Positions 34,939 to 44,795 of a stretch of 64,000 bases of DNA are shown in pieces. Position 1 is the first letter of the stretch; each line of letters opens with the position of its first letter. Source of the stretch: Malacoraja senta (Eukaryota). A program made the translations under genes and the position numbers. The notes under the pieces are model-generated. The model was given only the letters and a program-made list of their open reading frames with translations. It had not been told where the DNA came from and ran no database searches. The DNA is taken from the NCBI GenBank assembly GCA_038087875.1, contig CM075993.1, positions 1,924,001 through 1,988,000 on the forward strand, written 5' to 3'.

Positions 34939-35290
34939 CTTCAGACTAGAGTCAGGGGGAAGGGAACCAAGAGATATAGACGGGGTTGTAGAGAGATAAA
35001 GAACAACGAATGAAAGATATGCAAAAAAGTGACGATGATAAAGGAAACAGGCCGTTGTTTGCTGTTTGTTGGGTGAGAACGAGAAGCTGGTGCGACTTGG
35101 GTGGTGGAGGGATGGAGAGAGAGAATGCAGGGGTTGTTTGAAGTTAGATAAATCAATGTTCGTACCACTGGGCTGTAAGCTGCCCAAGCGAAATATGAGA
35201 TGCTGTTCCTCCAATTGGCGTTTAGCCTCACTCTGACAATGGAGGAGACCTGGGACAGAAAGGTCAGTGTGGGAATGGGAAGGAGAATTA
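34939..35290 (-). mobile_element. Neptune PLE 3' fragment (continues at about 33562-33693)
   Basis: EEQHLIFRLGSLQPSGTNIDLSNFK, the same C-terminus as the GIY-YIG fragment at 37.5 kb. Confidence 0.82.
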
Positions 35291-35547
35291 ATCTCATCTG
35301 TTCGAGATTAATAATTGAAAAGTATAAATGCGATAACCTGAAGAGTCATCGTCATAGAGTCAGACAATGTGGAAACAGGCCCTTCAGCCCAACTTGCCCA
35401 TGCTGACCAAAATGCCCATCATCACTAGTCCATCCAGCATCTCTGGAGAAAAATAATAGGTGATGTTTCAGGTCGAGACCCTTCTTCATTCTTCATTCAC
35501 CTATTCCGTTTTCTCCAGTGATGCTGCCTGACCTGCTGAGTAACTCC

Positions 35548-36030
35548 AGGGAGTGCAGCCTTGTTTCATCAGGTTAATTCCCAGGATGGCGGGACTGACA
35601 TATGATGAATGAATGGGTCGACTGGGCTTGTATTCACTGGAATTTAGAAGGATGAGAGGGGATCTTAAAGAAACATATAAAATCCTTAAAGGATTGGACA
35701 GGCTAGATGCTGGAAAAATGTTCCCGATGTTGGGGGAGTCCAGAACCAGGGGGTCACACTTTAAGAATAAGGGGTAGGCCATTTAGGACTGAGATGAGGA
35801 AAAACTTTTTCACCCAGAGGGTTGTGAATCTGCGGAATTCTCTGCCACAGAAGGCAGTGGAGGCCGATTCACTGGATGTTTTCAAGAGAGAGTTAGATTT
35901 AGCTCTTAGGGCTCAGGGGAAAAAGCAGGAACAGGGTTCTGATTTTAGATGATCAGCCATGATCATATTAAATGGCGGTGCTGGCTCAAAGGGCCGAATG
36001 GCCTGCTCTTGCACCTGTTTCTATGTTTCA
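35548..36030 (+). mobile_element. CR1 3' fragment
   Basis: LGLYSLEFRRMRGDL..MRKNFFTQRVVNL. Confidence 0.83.
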
Positions 36031-36429
36031 CCTGTCACCTATCTTGCACCTGTTTCTTGCACCTGTTTCTACTCCAGCTTTTTGCATCTATCTTCGAGGT
36101 AGATGGTAGGTGATGTCAGGACCGTTCTCTAGTTGGCGATAGGATGGTTCAGTTGCCTGATAACAGCTGGGAAGAAAGTGTCCCTCAGCCTGGAGTTCTG
36201 GAGCTGTGTCCACAGTTCTGGAGCTGTGAATGACTATGCCACGTTGAGCTAATGAAGGTTGACAGGTTGTTTATATGTTCTAGGTGGTAGATGGACAAAC
36301 ACAGTCGAGTTAATAATGCCATGCATTGATCTCACACACACGGCTCAGCATTCCACGCACGGCTGTAAGAGTGATTAATTGGGCCTGTCCGGGGCAGAGA
36401 TCATCTCACGGGAAGAAAAGAAAACCAGA

Positions 36430-36895
36430 AGGTTTTGCGACTTTATTATCCCGCATGCCCTTGCAGCAAGGCCTGTCTGGGCCGAAGGAGCGGTGGTGGT
36501 GATAGGAGCCTCGACTACGGTGGGAGCCTCGGTGGCGATGGGCCATCGCGATCTGCGATCGATGAGCGTGAAGAGGGAAGGTGAAGACAATGGGGACCCA
36601 GCTTGAGGGGGCTGCCCTGAGGGACAGTGGGAGAACAAAGGGGGACTCGGTGTGTGGGGGGGGGGGGCACTCTAGTTTAGTATCCTCCTCCCAGGGGATA
36701 AGCCCGCGTTCGTTCGTTTGTTTGTTCATTGGTTCCGGTGAAGGCGCTGTGCACACGGCAGCCAGACAGCAGTCGCTTGACTTTGTCTTTTGTTTTCACT
36801 TTTAATTTCAAGTCTTTGTCCACCTTGTTGTGTGTTGTGACTGTCGGCAGACCCCATCTCCCTCCGGGGATGAATAAAGTTGCATCGTATCGTAC
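36430..36895 (+). mobile_element. GC-rich retroposon with Rex1-type (TCGTA)n tail
   Basis: Ends GGGATGAATAAAGTTGCATCGTATCGTA, like the tails at about 26.5 kb and on the Rex1 fragment at 51.8 kb. Confidence 0.5.
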
Positions 36896-37344
36896 AATAA
36901 ACTGAAAGTGAACATCTAAACTGAGCATCTCTGAAATGCTCCTATTTCCCATGACCTTAAACTGGAGGAGAGCTCTATTACAAAATTATGACCCAGGATA
37001 ACCAAGCATGTTTCTTCAAGTCATTCATCAAAACTCACTAACCGTTTTAACACCCTGTACACTCTATGCATTTCCCTCAGAGATTAGCAGAGTTAGATCT
37101 TGCCCACATATACTTTCTTAGTTCCCATAGGCTCAGCCTCAGTACAATTCCCACTTTCGAGCCAAGCCATTCTTGCAGCCTTCAAAGAATTGGCATCAAA
37201 TCCCTCCCCTCTCTCATTAAGATGCTGCTTCCATTTTGATCTTGACGTGAGCTGTAGTACAAGGCCTCGAGCAGTGGAAGTAAGGAGGGACAGCATCTAA
37301 TATTTCGCTTGGGCAGCTTACAACCCAGTGGTATGAATAATGAA

Positions 37345-37985
37345 GGTAGACAAAAATGCTGGAGAAACTCAGCGGGTGAGGCAGCATCTATGGAGCGAAG
37401 GAATAGGTGACGTTTCGGGTCGAGACCCTTCTTCAGACTGATGTGAGGGTTGGGGGGGGAGGGGCGGGAAGAAGAAAGGAAGAGGTGGAGCCAGTGGGCT
37501 GAGGGAGAGCTGAGAAGGGGAGGAGAAAGTAGGGACTACCTGAAATTAGAGAAGTCAATGTTCGTACCGCTGGGGTGAAAACTGCCCAAAGCGAAATATG
37601 AGGTGCTGCTCCTCCAATTTGCAGTGGGACTCACTCTGGCCATGGAGGAGGCCCAGGACAGAAAGGTCGGATTCGGAATGGGAGGGGGAGTTGAAGTGCT
37701 GAGCCACCGGGAGATCAGGTTGGTTATTGCGGACCGACCGGAGGTGTTGGGCGAAACGATCGCCAAGCCTGCGCTTGGTCTCACCGATGTAGAGCAGCTG
37801 ACATCTAGAGCAGCGGATGCAATAGATGAGGTTGGAGGAGGTGCAGGTGAACCTCTGACGCACCTTGAACGACTGCTTGGGTCCTTGAATGGAGTCGAGG
37901 GGGGAGGTAAAGCGGCAAGTGTAACATTTCTTGCGGTTGCAAGGGAAAGTGCCCGGGGAGGGGGTGGGAAGGGTGGGCAGGGACG
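37345..37985 (-). mobile_element. Penelope-like element, Neptune-type, 3' fragment
   Basis: GIY-YIG ORF remnant followed by a pyrimidine-rich UTR, hammerhead core (37409-37436) and terminal repeat. Confidence 0.9.
37536..37985 (-). pseudogene. PLE GIY-YIG endonuclease domain with Cys-rich linker, frameshifted near the C-terminus
   Basis: PCNRKKCYTC linker, NLIYCIRCSRCQLLYIGETKRRLGDRFAQH, PVAQHFNSPSH, KLEEQHLIF, then LGSFHPSGTNIDFSNFR in another frame. Confidence 0.88.
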
Positions 37986-38004
37986 AAGGTATGTTTAATG
38001 ATCT

Positions 38005-38425
38005 CTGTAACTTCAAGTAACCCTTACATCCCCCCTCTCTCCATCCCTCCCCCACCCAAGTCATACTGCACATTTGAATGGCGGTGCAGGCTCGAAGGGC
38101 TGAATGGCCTATTCCTGCACCTATTTTCTATGTTTCTGTTTCTATGGCAGCTTCAAAGTCGTCGTTGAGCCTCACTCACCTAGTAACTCGTTCTCACCTA
38201 ATCCACAGCTAACAATGGCCTGTTTCCTTTATCATCCTTATTTCTTTGCACATCTTTCATTCATGTGTTCCATATCTCTCCACATCACCGTCTATATCTC
38301 TCCTTTCCCTCTCCCCTGACTCTCAGTCTGAAGAAGGGTCTTGACCCGAAACGTCACCCATCTCCTTCTCTCCAGAGATGCTGCCTGTCCCGCTGAGTTA
38401 CTCCAGCGTTTTGTGTCTATCTTTG
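38005..38425 (+). mobile_element. Neptune PLE 3' end, head-to-head with the previous fragment
   Basis: AACTTCAAGTAA, UTR, and hammerhead core at 38328-38355. A CR1 tail is inserted at about 38070-38145. Confidence 0.75.
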
Positions 38426-38628
38426 GAAGTAAAAATTCATCTCTGCTCCCCGATCCATCAGTCCCACTGGATGGTTTCGCCTGGCAGATAGAAAGCTCTA
38501 TAGCAGCTGGCATGGGAGTTCAATGTTAAAACCCATTGTTCAGGGGACTTGAAATACTGAAACAGATCCATTCAGCTGCATTTTGAATAATTATATTTGA
38601 TTTTTCTACACTGAAGCAATCATTCGCA

Positions 38629-38914
38629 GTTTAGTTTAGTTTTAGAGATACAGCGTGGAAACAGGCCCTTCAGCCCGTCCAGTCCGTGCCGACCAGCGAT
38701 CACCTGTTCACTAGTTCTATCCTACACACACTGGGGACAATTTACAGAAGTCAATTAACCTACAAACCTGCACGTTTTTGGAATGTGGGAGGAAACCGGA
38801 GCACCCGGAGAAAACCCACGTGGTCACAGTGAGAACGTACAAACTCCGTACAGACAGCAGCTAAGGTCAGAATCGAACCCGGGTCTCTGGCGCTGTGAGG
38901 CAGCAACTCTACCG
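38629..38914 (-). mobile_element. HE1/V-SINE-type SINE
   Basis: Reverse-complement copy whose 5' head abuts the minisatellite. Confidence 0.88.
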
Positions 38915-39303
38915 CCCAGTGTACTTCCTGTCCCAGTGTACTTCCTGCCCCAGTGTACTTCCTGTCCCAGTGTACTTCCTGTCCCAGTGTACTTCCCGTC
39001 CCAGTGTACTTCCCGCCCCAGTGTACTTCCCGTCCCAGTGTACTTCCCGTCCCAGTGTACTTCCCGTCCCAGTGTACTTCCCGCCCCAGTGTACTTCCCG
39101 TCCCAGTGTACTTCCCGTCCCAGTGTACTTCCCGTCCCAGTGTACTTCCTTCCCCAGTGTACTTCCTGCCCCAGTGTACTTCCTTCCCCAGTGTACTTCC
39201 TGTCCCAGTGTACTTCCCGCCCCAGTGTACTTCCCGCCCCAGTGTACTTTCCGCCCCAGTGTACTTCCCGCCCCAGTGTACTTCCTGCCCCAGTGTACTT
39301 CCC
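38915..39303. repeat. 17-bp minisatellite, 23 in-phase units (CCCAGTGTACTTCCYGY)
   Basis: First unit at 38915 and last at 39289 (22 x 17 apart). Variation is concentrated in the last few bases of the unit. Confidence 0.96.
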
Positions 39304-39589
39304 TAACTCTGTTCTGCCTTGAAACATAGAGAAATGTTGGTCTAAAACCATCCGTTTTACTCATCTTTAAATCATGTCATCAGAAACTTATTATCCACCT
39401 AACAGGTGACACTTTGATTTATGAATTTTTTTGGATCAAATTTAATTTAATGAAGAGTTGGATCAACGAGGAACGTTGTGTTCTGATTGTAATTTTGGAA
39501 CGATTGTCTGAAAGAAGCAGCAGATGTTGGAAAGAAATTAACCTGGAAGTTTCCTTCAATCTACGGCAGATTTCCACCAACACTGGCTG

Positions 39590-39900
39590 GCCGCACGTTG
39601 GTGCAGCGGTAGAGTTGCTGCCTCACAGCGCCAGAGACCCCCGGTTCAGTCCCGACTACGGGTGCTGTCTGTACGGAGTTTGCACGTTCTCCCGGTGACC
39701 TGCGTGGGTTTTCTCCAGGATCTCCGGTTTCCTTCCACACTCCAAAGACGTACAGGTTTGTAGGCTAATTGGCTTGGTAAATTTGTAAATTGTCCCTAGC
39801 GTGTGTAGGAGAGTGTTAGTGTGCGGGGATCGCTGGTCGGCACGGACATCGTGGGCCGAAGGGCCTGTTTCCGCGCTGTATCTCTAAACTAAACTAAACA
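39590..39900 (+). mobile_element. HE1/V-SINE-type SINE
   Basis: Full copy with (AAACT)n tail. Confidence 0.88.
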
Positions 39901-39984
39901 TCTAACGGTGCTGGTGGGCCATTGTTTCATGTTGATGGCAGAGGGAGAGGTGTTTCTGTGTGTAATTAACCTACAGATGTTTCT

Positions 39985-40318
39985 TTATTTTTTATTTTTT
40001 TATTTATTAGAAGCAAATGTACAAAATGTACAAAAATAGAACCAACGGCTTATAAAATAATACAGTTATTGTACTGGTTCAATTTTAACTTTTAGCTATA
40101 GTTGGAAGAAAAGAAAGGAGAAAAAGCAGGAAGGAGAAAAAGTGAGATGCGCAAAGATAGAAGCCCCTCGACTACCAACGTGGTGTTGCCAAAGAGTGAA
40201 TAAATGAAAGAAAGAAGATAGGAATAGAAAAAATAAGAAAAATAAAAGGACAAAAAGAGAAAGAAAGAAAAAAGTGGTGATATACTTGCCTCACGTCCCT
40301 CCCCACCCACCCACGTAA
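39985..40318 (-). mobile_element. Poly(A)-tailed retro-insertion related to 23636-23869
   Basis: Minus strand ends CTTCTAATAAATAAAAA, with a T-rich body. Confidence 0.55.
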
Positions 40319-40397
40319 ATGTTCCTCTGCTTCTAAATAAAATCTTCCATCTAGACAGTTTCACTGTCCATTAGATCACCATAATCTTCAGTAATTG

Positions 40398-40695
40398 GTT
40401 TAGTTTAGCTTAGTTTAATACAGCGCGGAAACCGGCCCTTCGGCCCACCGAGTCCTTGCAAACCAGCGATCCTCGCACATTAACACACACACACGGGACA
40501 ATTTACACATACACCAAGCCAATTAACCTACAAACCTGCACGTCTTTGGGGTGTGGGAGGACACCGAAGATCTCGGAGAAAACCCACGGAGGTCACGGGG
40601 AGAACGGACAAACTCCGTACAGACAGCACCCGTAGTCGGGATCGAACTGCAAGCGCTGTAAGGCAGCAACTCTTCCGCTGCGCCACCGTGCCGCC
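40398..40695 (-). mobile_element. HE1/V-SINE-type SINE
   Basis: Reverse-complement full copy. Confidence 0.88.
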
Positions 40696-41241
40696 CACTA
40701 ATGCTATGTAGAAAATACAGCACAAAAATAGGACACGAATTGCTGGAGTAACTCAGCGGGTCAGGCAGCATCTCTGGAGATAAGGAACGGGTGACGTTTT
40801 GGGTCGAGATCCTTCTTCAGACTGATTGTCACAATTGTATTCTTAGTCCTCTGAAGACTCATCATTAGCAATGTCTCCCACTGTTCTCAGCCTCATGTTT
40901 ATCCACACATATATAACGCAAGCAACCATTAGAAATCAGCATGTCGCTTCAATGAAACCAACTACCGTGCATGTGTTGATCCAAAGTATCTTCAAAGAAC
41001 AGTTGGCCCTAATTGCTAATAAAATGTTGTATGAGACCGAGATATCCGCATTTAAAGAAATCATTAACAGATGCTTTGATCTGTCGTTTTCACACCTTAC
41101 CCTTCCATATCTCTAGTCTACCTCTCCCCTGACTTTCATCCTGAAGAAGGGTCTCGACCCGAAACGTCACCCACTCCTTCTCCCCAGAGACGCTGCCTGT
41201 CCCGCTGAGTTACTCCAGCATTTGAAAATAAGTACTCCTGT

Positions 41242-41856
41242 TTGAGTACTGTTGGGGGGGACAGCCTTCCTGGGGGTAGCGACAGCGGCCGGGCCTCCGG
41301 CACAGAGACCGGCCCTATTGCTCAGAAGGGTAGGGAAAAGAAGAGGAGGGCAATAGTAATAGGGGACTCTATGGTTAGGGGGTCGGATAGGCGATTCTGT
41401 GGACGCAGTCAGGAGACCCGGATGGTAGTTTGCCTCCCTGGTGCCAGGGTCAGGGATGTGTCTGAACGCGTCCAAGATATCCTGAAATCGGAGGGAGAGG
41501 AGCCTGAGGTTGTGGTACATATAGGTACCAATGACATAGGCAGAAAAAGAGAAGAGGTCCTGAAAGGAGAATTTAGGGAGTTGGGAGGAGAGTTAAGGAG
41601 AAGGACCGCAAAGGTAACAATCTCGGGATTACTACCTGTGCCACGCGACAGTGAGAGTAGGAATGAAATGAGGTGGAGGATAAATGCGTGGCTGAGGAAC
41701 TGGTGCAGCGGGCACGGATTCAAATTTCTGGATCATTGGGACCTCTTTTGGGGAAGGTGTGACCTGTACAGAAAGGACGCGTTGCACTTGAACCCGAGGG
41801 GGACCAATATCCTGGCGGGGAGATTTGCAAAGGCTACTGGGGAGACTTTAAACTAG
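41242..41856 (+). CDS. CR1 ORF1 C-terminal SGNH/GDSL esterase domain (5'-truncated)
   Basis: IVIGDSMVRG (block I Ser), LPGARV (Gly), HIGTND (Asn), DALHLN (DxxH). True start lost. Confidence 0.9.
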   Translation: MSTVGGDSLPGGSDSGRASGTETGPIAQKGREKKRRAIVIGDSMVRGSDRRFCGRSQETRMVVCLPGARVRDVSERVQDILKSEGEEPEVVVHIGTNDIGRKREEVLKGEFRELGGELRRRTAKVTISGLLPVPRDSESRNEMRWRINAWLRNWCSGHGFKFLDHWDLFWGRCDLYRKDALHLNPRGTNILAGRFAKATGETLN

Positions 41857-41861
41857 AACGG

Positions 41862-44795
41862 TTGGGGGGAGGGACTCAAATAGAGAAAGCTAGTAGAAAA
41901 TGTGGGAGGCAGGAGGCAGAGAAGGGAAGCACTCGGACCCAAAATGTAGGGGAGAAAGAAGAAAAAGATAATAAACAGAGAATAAGTGGTGGTGGGTTTC
42001 TTAAATGTGTATATTTTAATGCTAGGAGCATTGTAAGAAAGGTGGATGAGCTTAGAGTCTGGATTGACACCTGGAAGTATGATGTTGTGGCGATCAGTGA
42101 AACATGGTTGCAGGAGGGCTGTGATTGGAAACTAAATATTCCAGGATTTCGTTGCTTCAGGGGTGACAGAATTGGAGGGGCAAGAGGTGGGGGTGTTGCA
42201 TTGCTTGTCAAGGAAGATATTACAGCAGTGCTTTGGCAGGATAGATTAGAGGGCTCGTCTAGGGAGGCTATTTGGGTGGAACTGAGAAATGGGAAAGGTG
42301 TAGCAACACTTATAGGGGTGTATTATAGACCGCCAAATGGGGAGCGAGAATTGGAAGAGCAAATATGTAAGGAGATAGCAGATATTAGTAGTAAGCACAA
42401 GGTAGTGACTGTGGGAGATTTCAATTTTCCACACATAGACTGGGAAACACATTCTGTAAAAGGGCTGGATGGTTTGGAGTTTGTAAAATGTGTGCAGGAT
42501 AGTTTTTTGCAGCAATACATAGAGGTACCTACTAGAGAAGGGGCAGTGCTGGACCTCCTGTTAGGAAATGAGACAGGGCAGGTGGCGGAGGTATGCGTTG
42601 GGGAGCACTTCGGGTCCAGTGATCACAATACCATTAGTTTCAATATAATTATGGAGAGGGTCAGAACTGGACCTAGGGTTGAGATTTTTGTTTGGAGAAA
42701 GGCTAACTTTGAGGAGATGCGAAAGGATTTAAAAGGAGTGAATTGGGACATGTTGTTTTATGGGAAGGATGTAGAAGAGAAATGGAGGACATTTAAAGGT
42801 GAAATTTTAAGAGTACAGAATCTTTATGTCCCAGTTCGTTTGAAAGGAAATAGTAAAAATTGGAAAGAGCCATGGTTTTCAAGGGAAATTGGACACTTGG
42901 TTCGGAAAAAGAGAGAGATCTACAATAATTATAGGCAGCATGGAGTAAATGAGGTGCTTGAGGAGTATAAAGAATGTAAAAAGAATATTAAGAAAGAAAT
43001 TAGAAAAGCTAAAAGAAGATACGAGGTTGCTTTGGCAAGTAAGGTGAAAGTAAATCCAAAGGGTTTCTACAGCTATATTAATAGCAAAAGGATAACAAGG
43101 AATACAATTGGTCCATTAGAGAGTCAGAGTGGACAGCTATCTGCAGAGCCAAAAGAGATGGGGGAGATATTGAACAATTTCTTTTCTTCGGTATTCACCA
43201 AGGAGAAGGATATGGAATTATGTGAGGTAAGGGAAACAAGCAGAGTAGCAATGGAAACTATGAGATTCAAAGAAGAGGAGGTGCGGACACTTTTGAAAAA
43301 TATGAAAACGGATAAGTCTCGAGGTCCTGACAGGATATTCCCTTGGACATTGAGGGAAGTTAGTGTAGAAATAGCAGGGGCTATGACAGAAATATTTCAA
43401 ATGTCATTAGAAACGGGAATAGTGCCAGAGGATTGGCGTACTGCGCATGTTGTTCCGTTGTTTAAAAAGGGTTCCAAGAGTAAACCTAGCAATTATAGAC
43501 CTGTTAGTTTGACGTCAGTTGTGGGCAAATTAATGGAAAGGATACTTAGAGATAATATATATAAGCATCTGGATAAGCAGGGTCTGATTAGGAAAAGTCA
43601 ACATGGATTTGTGCCTGGAAGGTCATGTTTGACTAATCTTCTAGAATTTTTCGAAGAGCTTACTAGGGAAATTGATGAAGGTAAAGCAGTGGATGTTGTC
43701 TATATGGACTTCAGTAAGGCCTTTGACAAGGTTCCTCATGGAAGGTTGGTTAAGAAGATTCAATTGTTGGGTATTAATGGTGGAGTAGCAAGATGGATTC
43801 AACAGTGGCTGAATGGGAGATGCCAGAGAGTAATGGTGGATGGCTGTTTGTCAGGTTGGAGGCCGGTGACTAGTGGGATGCCTCAGAGGTCTGTGTTGGG
43901 TCCACTGTTGTTTGTCATGTACATCAATGATCTGGATGATGATGTGGAAAATTGGATTAGTAAGTATGCAGATGATACTAAGATAGGTGGTGTGGTGGAT
44001 AATGAAGTAGATTTTCAAAGTCTACAGAGAGATTTAGGCCATTTGGAAGAGTGGGCTGAAAGATGGCAGATGGAGTTTAATGTTGATAAATGTGAGGTAC
44101 TACATCTCGGCAGGACAAATCAAAATAGGACGTACATGGTAAATGGTAGAGAATTGAGGAATGCAGTTGAACAGAGGGATCTAGGAATAACTGTGTATAG
44201 TTCCCTGAAGGTGGAATCTCATGTAGATAGGGTGGTAAAGAAAGCTTTTGGTGTGCTGGCCTTTATAAATCAGAGCATTGAATATAGAAGTTGGGATGTA
44301 ATGTTAAAATTGTACAAGGCATTGGTGAGGCCAATTCTGGAGTATGGAGTACAATTTTGGTCGCCTAATTATAGGAAGGATGTCAACAAAATAGATGGAG
44401 TACAGAGGAGATTTACTGGGTTTCAGCAACTAAGTTACAGAGAAAGGTTGAACAAGTTAGGTCTTTATTCTTTGGAGCGCAGACGGTTAAGAGGGGACTT
44501 GATAGAGGTCTTTAAAATTATGAGCGGGTTAGACAGAGTTGACGTGGATAAGCTTTTTCCATTGAGAGTAGGGAAGATTCAAACAAGGGGACATGACTTG
44601 AGAATTAAGGGACAGAAGTTTAGGGGGAACATTAGGGGGAACTTCTTTACTCAGAGAGTGGTAGCTGTGTGGAATGAGCTTCCAGTGGAAGTGGTGGAGG
44701 CAGGTTCGATTTTATCCTTTAAAAATAGATTGGATGGGTATATGGACGGGAAAGTAATGGAGGGTTATGGTCTGAGTGCAGGTAGATGGGACTAG
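41862..44795 (+). CDS. CR1 ORF2: APE endonuclease plus reverse transcriptase
   Basis: YFNARS, ISETWL, GDFNFP, LDLLL, SDHN (APE); NYRPVSLTS, QHGF, MDFSKAFDKVPH, YADD (RT). Open for 977 codons. PQG is changed to PQR and there is a probable short in-frame deletion at RRFTGF. Confidence 0.95.
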   Translation: MGGGTQIEKASRKCGRQEAEKGSTRTQNVGEKEEKDNKQRISGGGFLKCVYFNARSIVRKVDELRVWIDTWKYDVVAISETWLQEGCDWKLNIPGFRCFRGDRIGGARGGGVALLVKEDITAVLWQDRLEGSSREAIWVELRNGKGVATLIGVYYRPPNGERELEEQICKEIADISSKHKVVTVGDFNFPHIDWETHSVKGLDGLEFVKCVQDSFLQQYIEVPTREGAVLDLLLGNETGQVAEVCVGEHFGSSDHNTISFNIIMERVRTGPRVEIFVWRKANFEEMRKDLKGVNWDMLFYGKDVEEKWRTFKGEILRVQNLYVPVRLKGNSKNWKEPWFSREIGHLVRKKREIYNNYRQHGVNEVLEEYKECKKNIKKEIRKAKRRYEVALASKVKVNPKGFYSYINSKRITRNTIGPLESQSGQLSAEPKEMGEILNNFFSSVFTKEKDMELCEVRETSRVAMETMRFKEEEVRTLLKNMKTDKSRGPDRIFPWTLREVSVEIAGAMTEIFQMSLETGIVPEDWRTAHVVPLFKKGSKSKPSNYRPVSLTSVVGKLMERILRDNIYKHLDKQGLIRKSQHGFVPGRSCLTNLLEFFEELTREIDEGKAVDVVYMDFSKAFDKVPHGRLVKKIQLLGINGGVARWIQQWLNGRCQRVMVDGCLSGWRPVTSGMPQRSVLGPLLFVMYINDLDDDVENWISKYADDTKIGGVVDNEVDFQSLQRDLGHLEEWAERWQMEFNVDKCEVLHLGRTNQNRTYMVNGRELRNAVEQRDLGITVYSSLKVESHVDRVVKKAFGVLAFINQSIEYRSWDVMLKLYKALVRPILEYGVQFWSPNYRKDVNKIDGVQRRFTGFQQLSYRERLNKLGLYSLERRRLRGDLIEVFKIMSGLDRVDVDKLFPLRVGKIQTRGHDLRIKGQKFRGNIRGNFFTQRVVAVWNELPVEVVEAGSILSFKNRLDGYMDGKVMEGYGLSAGRWD

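Noticed and set aside
36376..36400. TAATTGGGCCTGTCC resembling a Harbinger TIR
   Set aside because: The match stops after about 10 bp and no partner end was found.
38783..39364. Several 117-179 aa ORFs on both strands and a CRISPR-like periodic look
   Set aside because: Translations of a 17-bp tandem repeat. There are no unique spacers and no cas genes.
41242..41856. Stand-alone host or bacterial GDSL lipase gene
   Set aside because: Directly abuts the CR1 ORF2, is 5'-truncated with the element, and esterase domains are known in CR1 ORF1.
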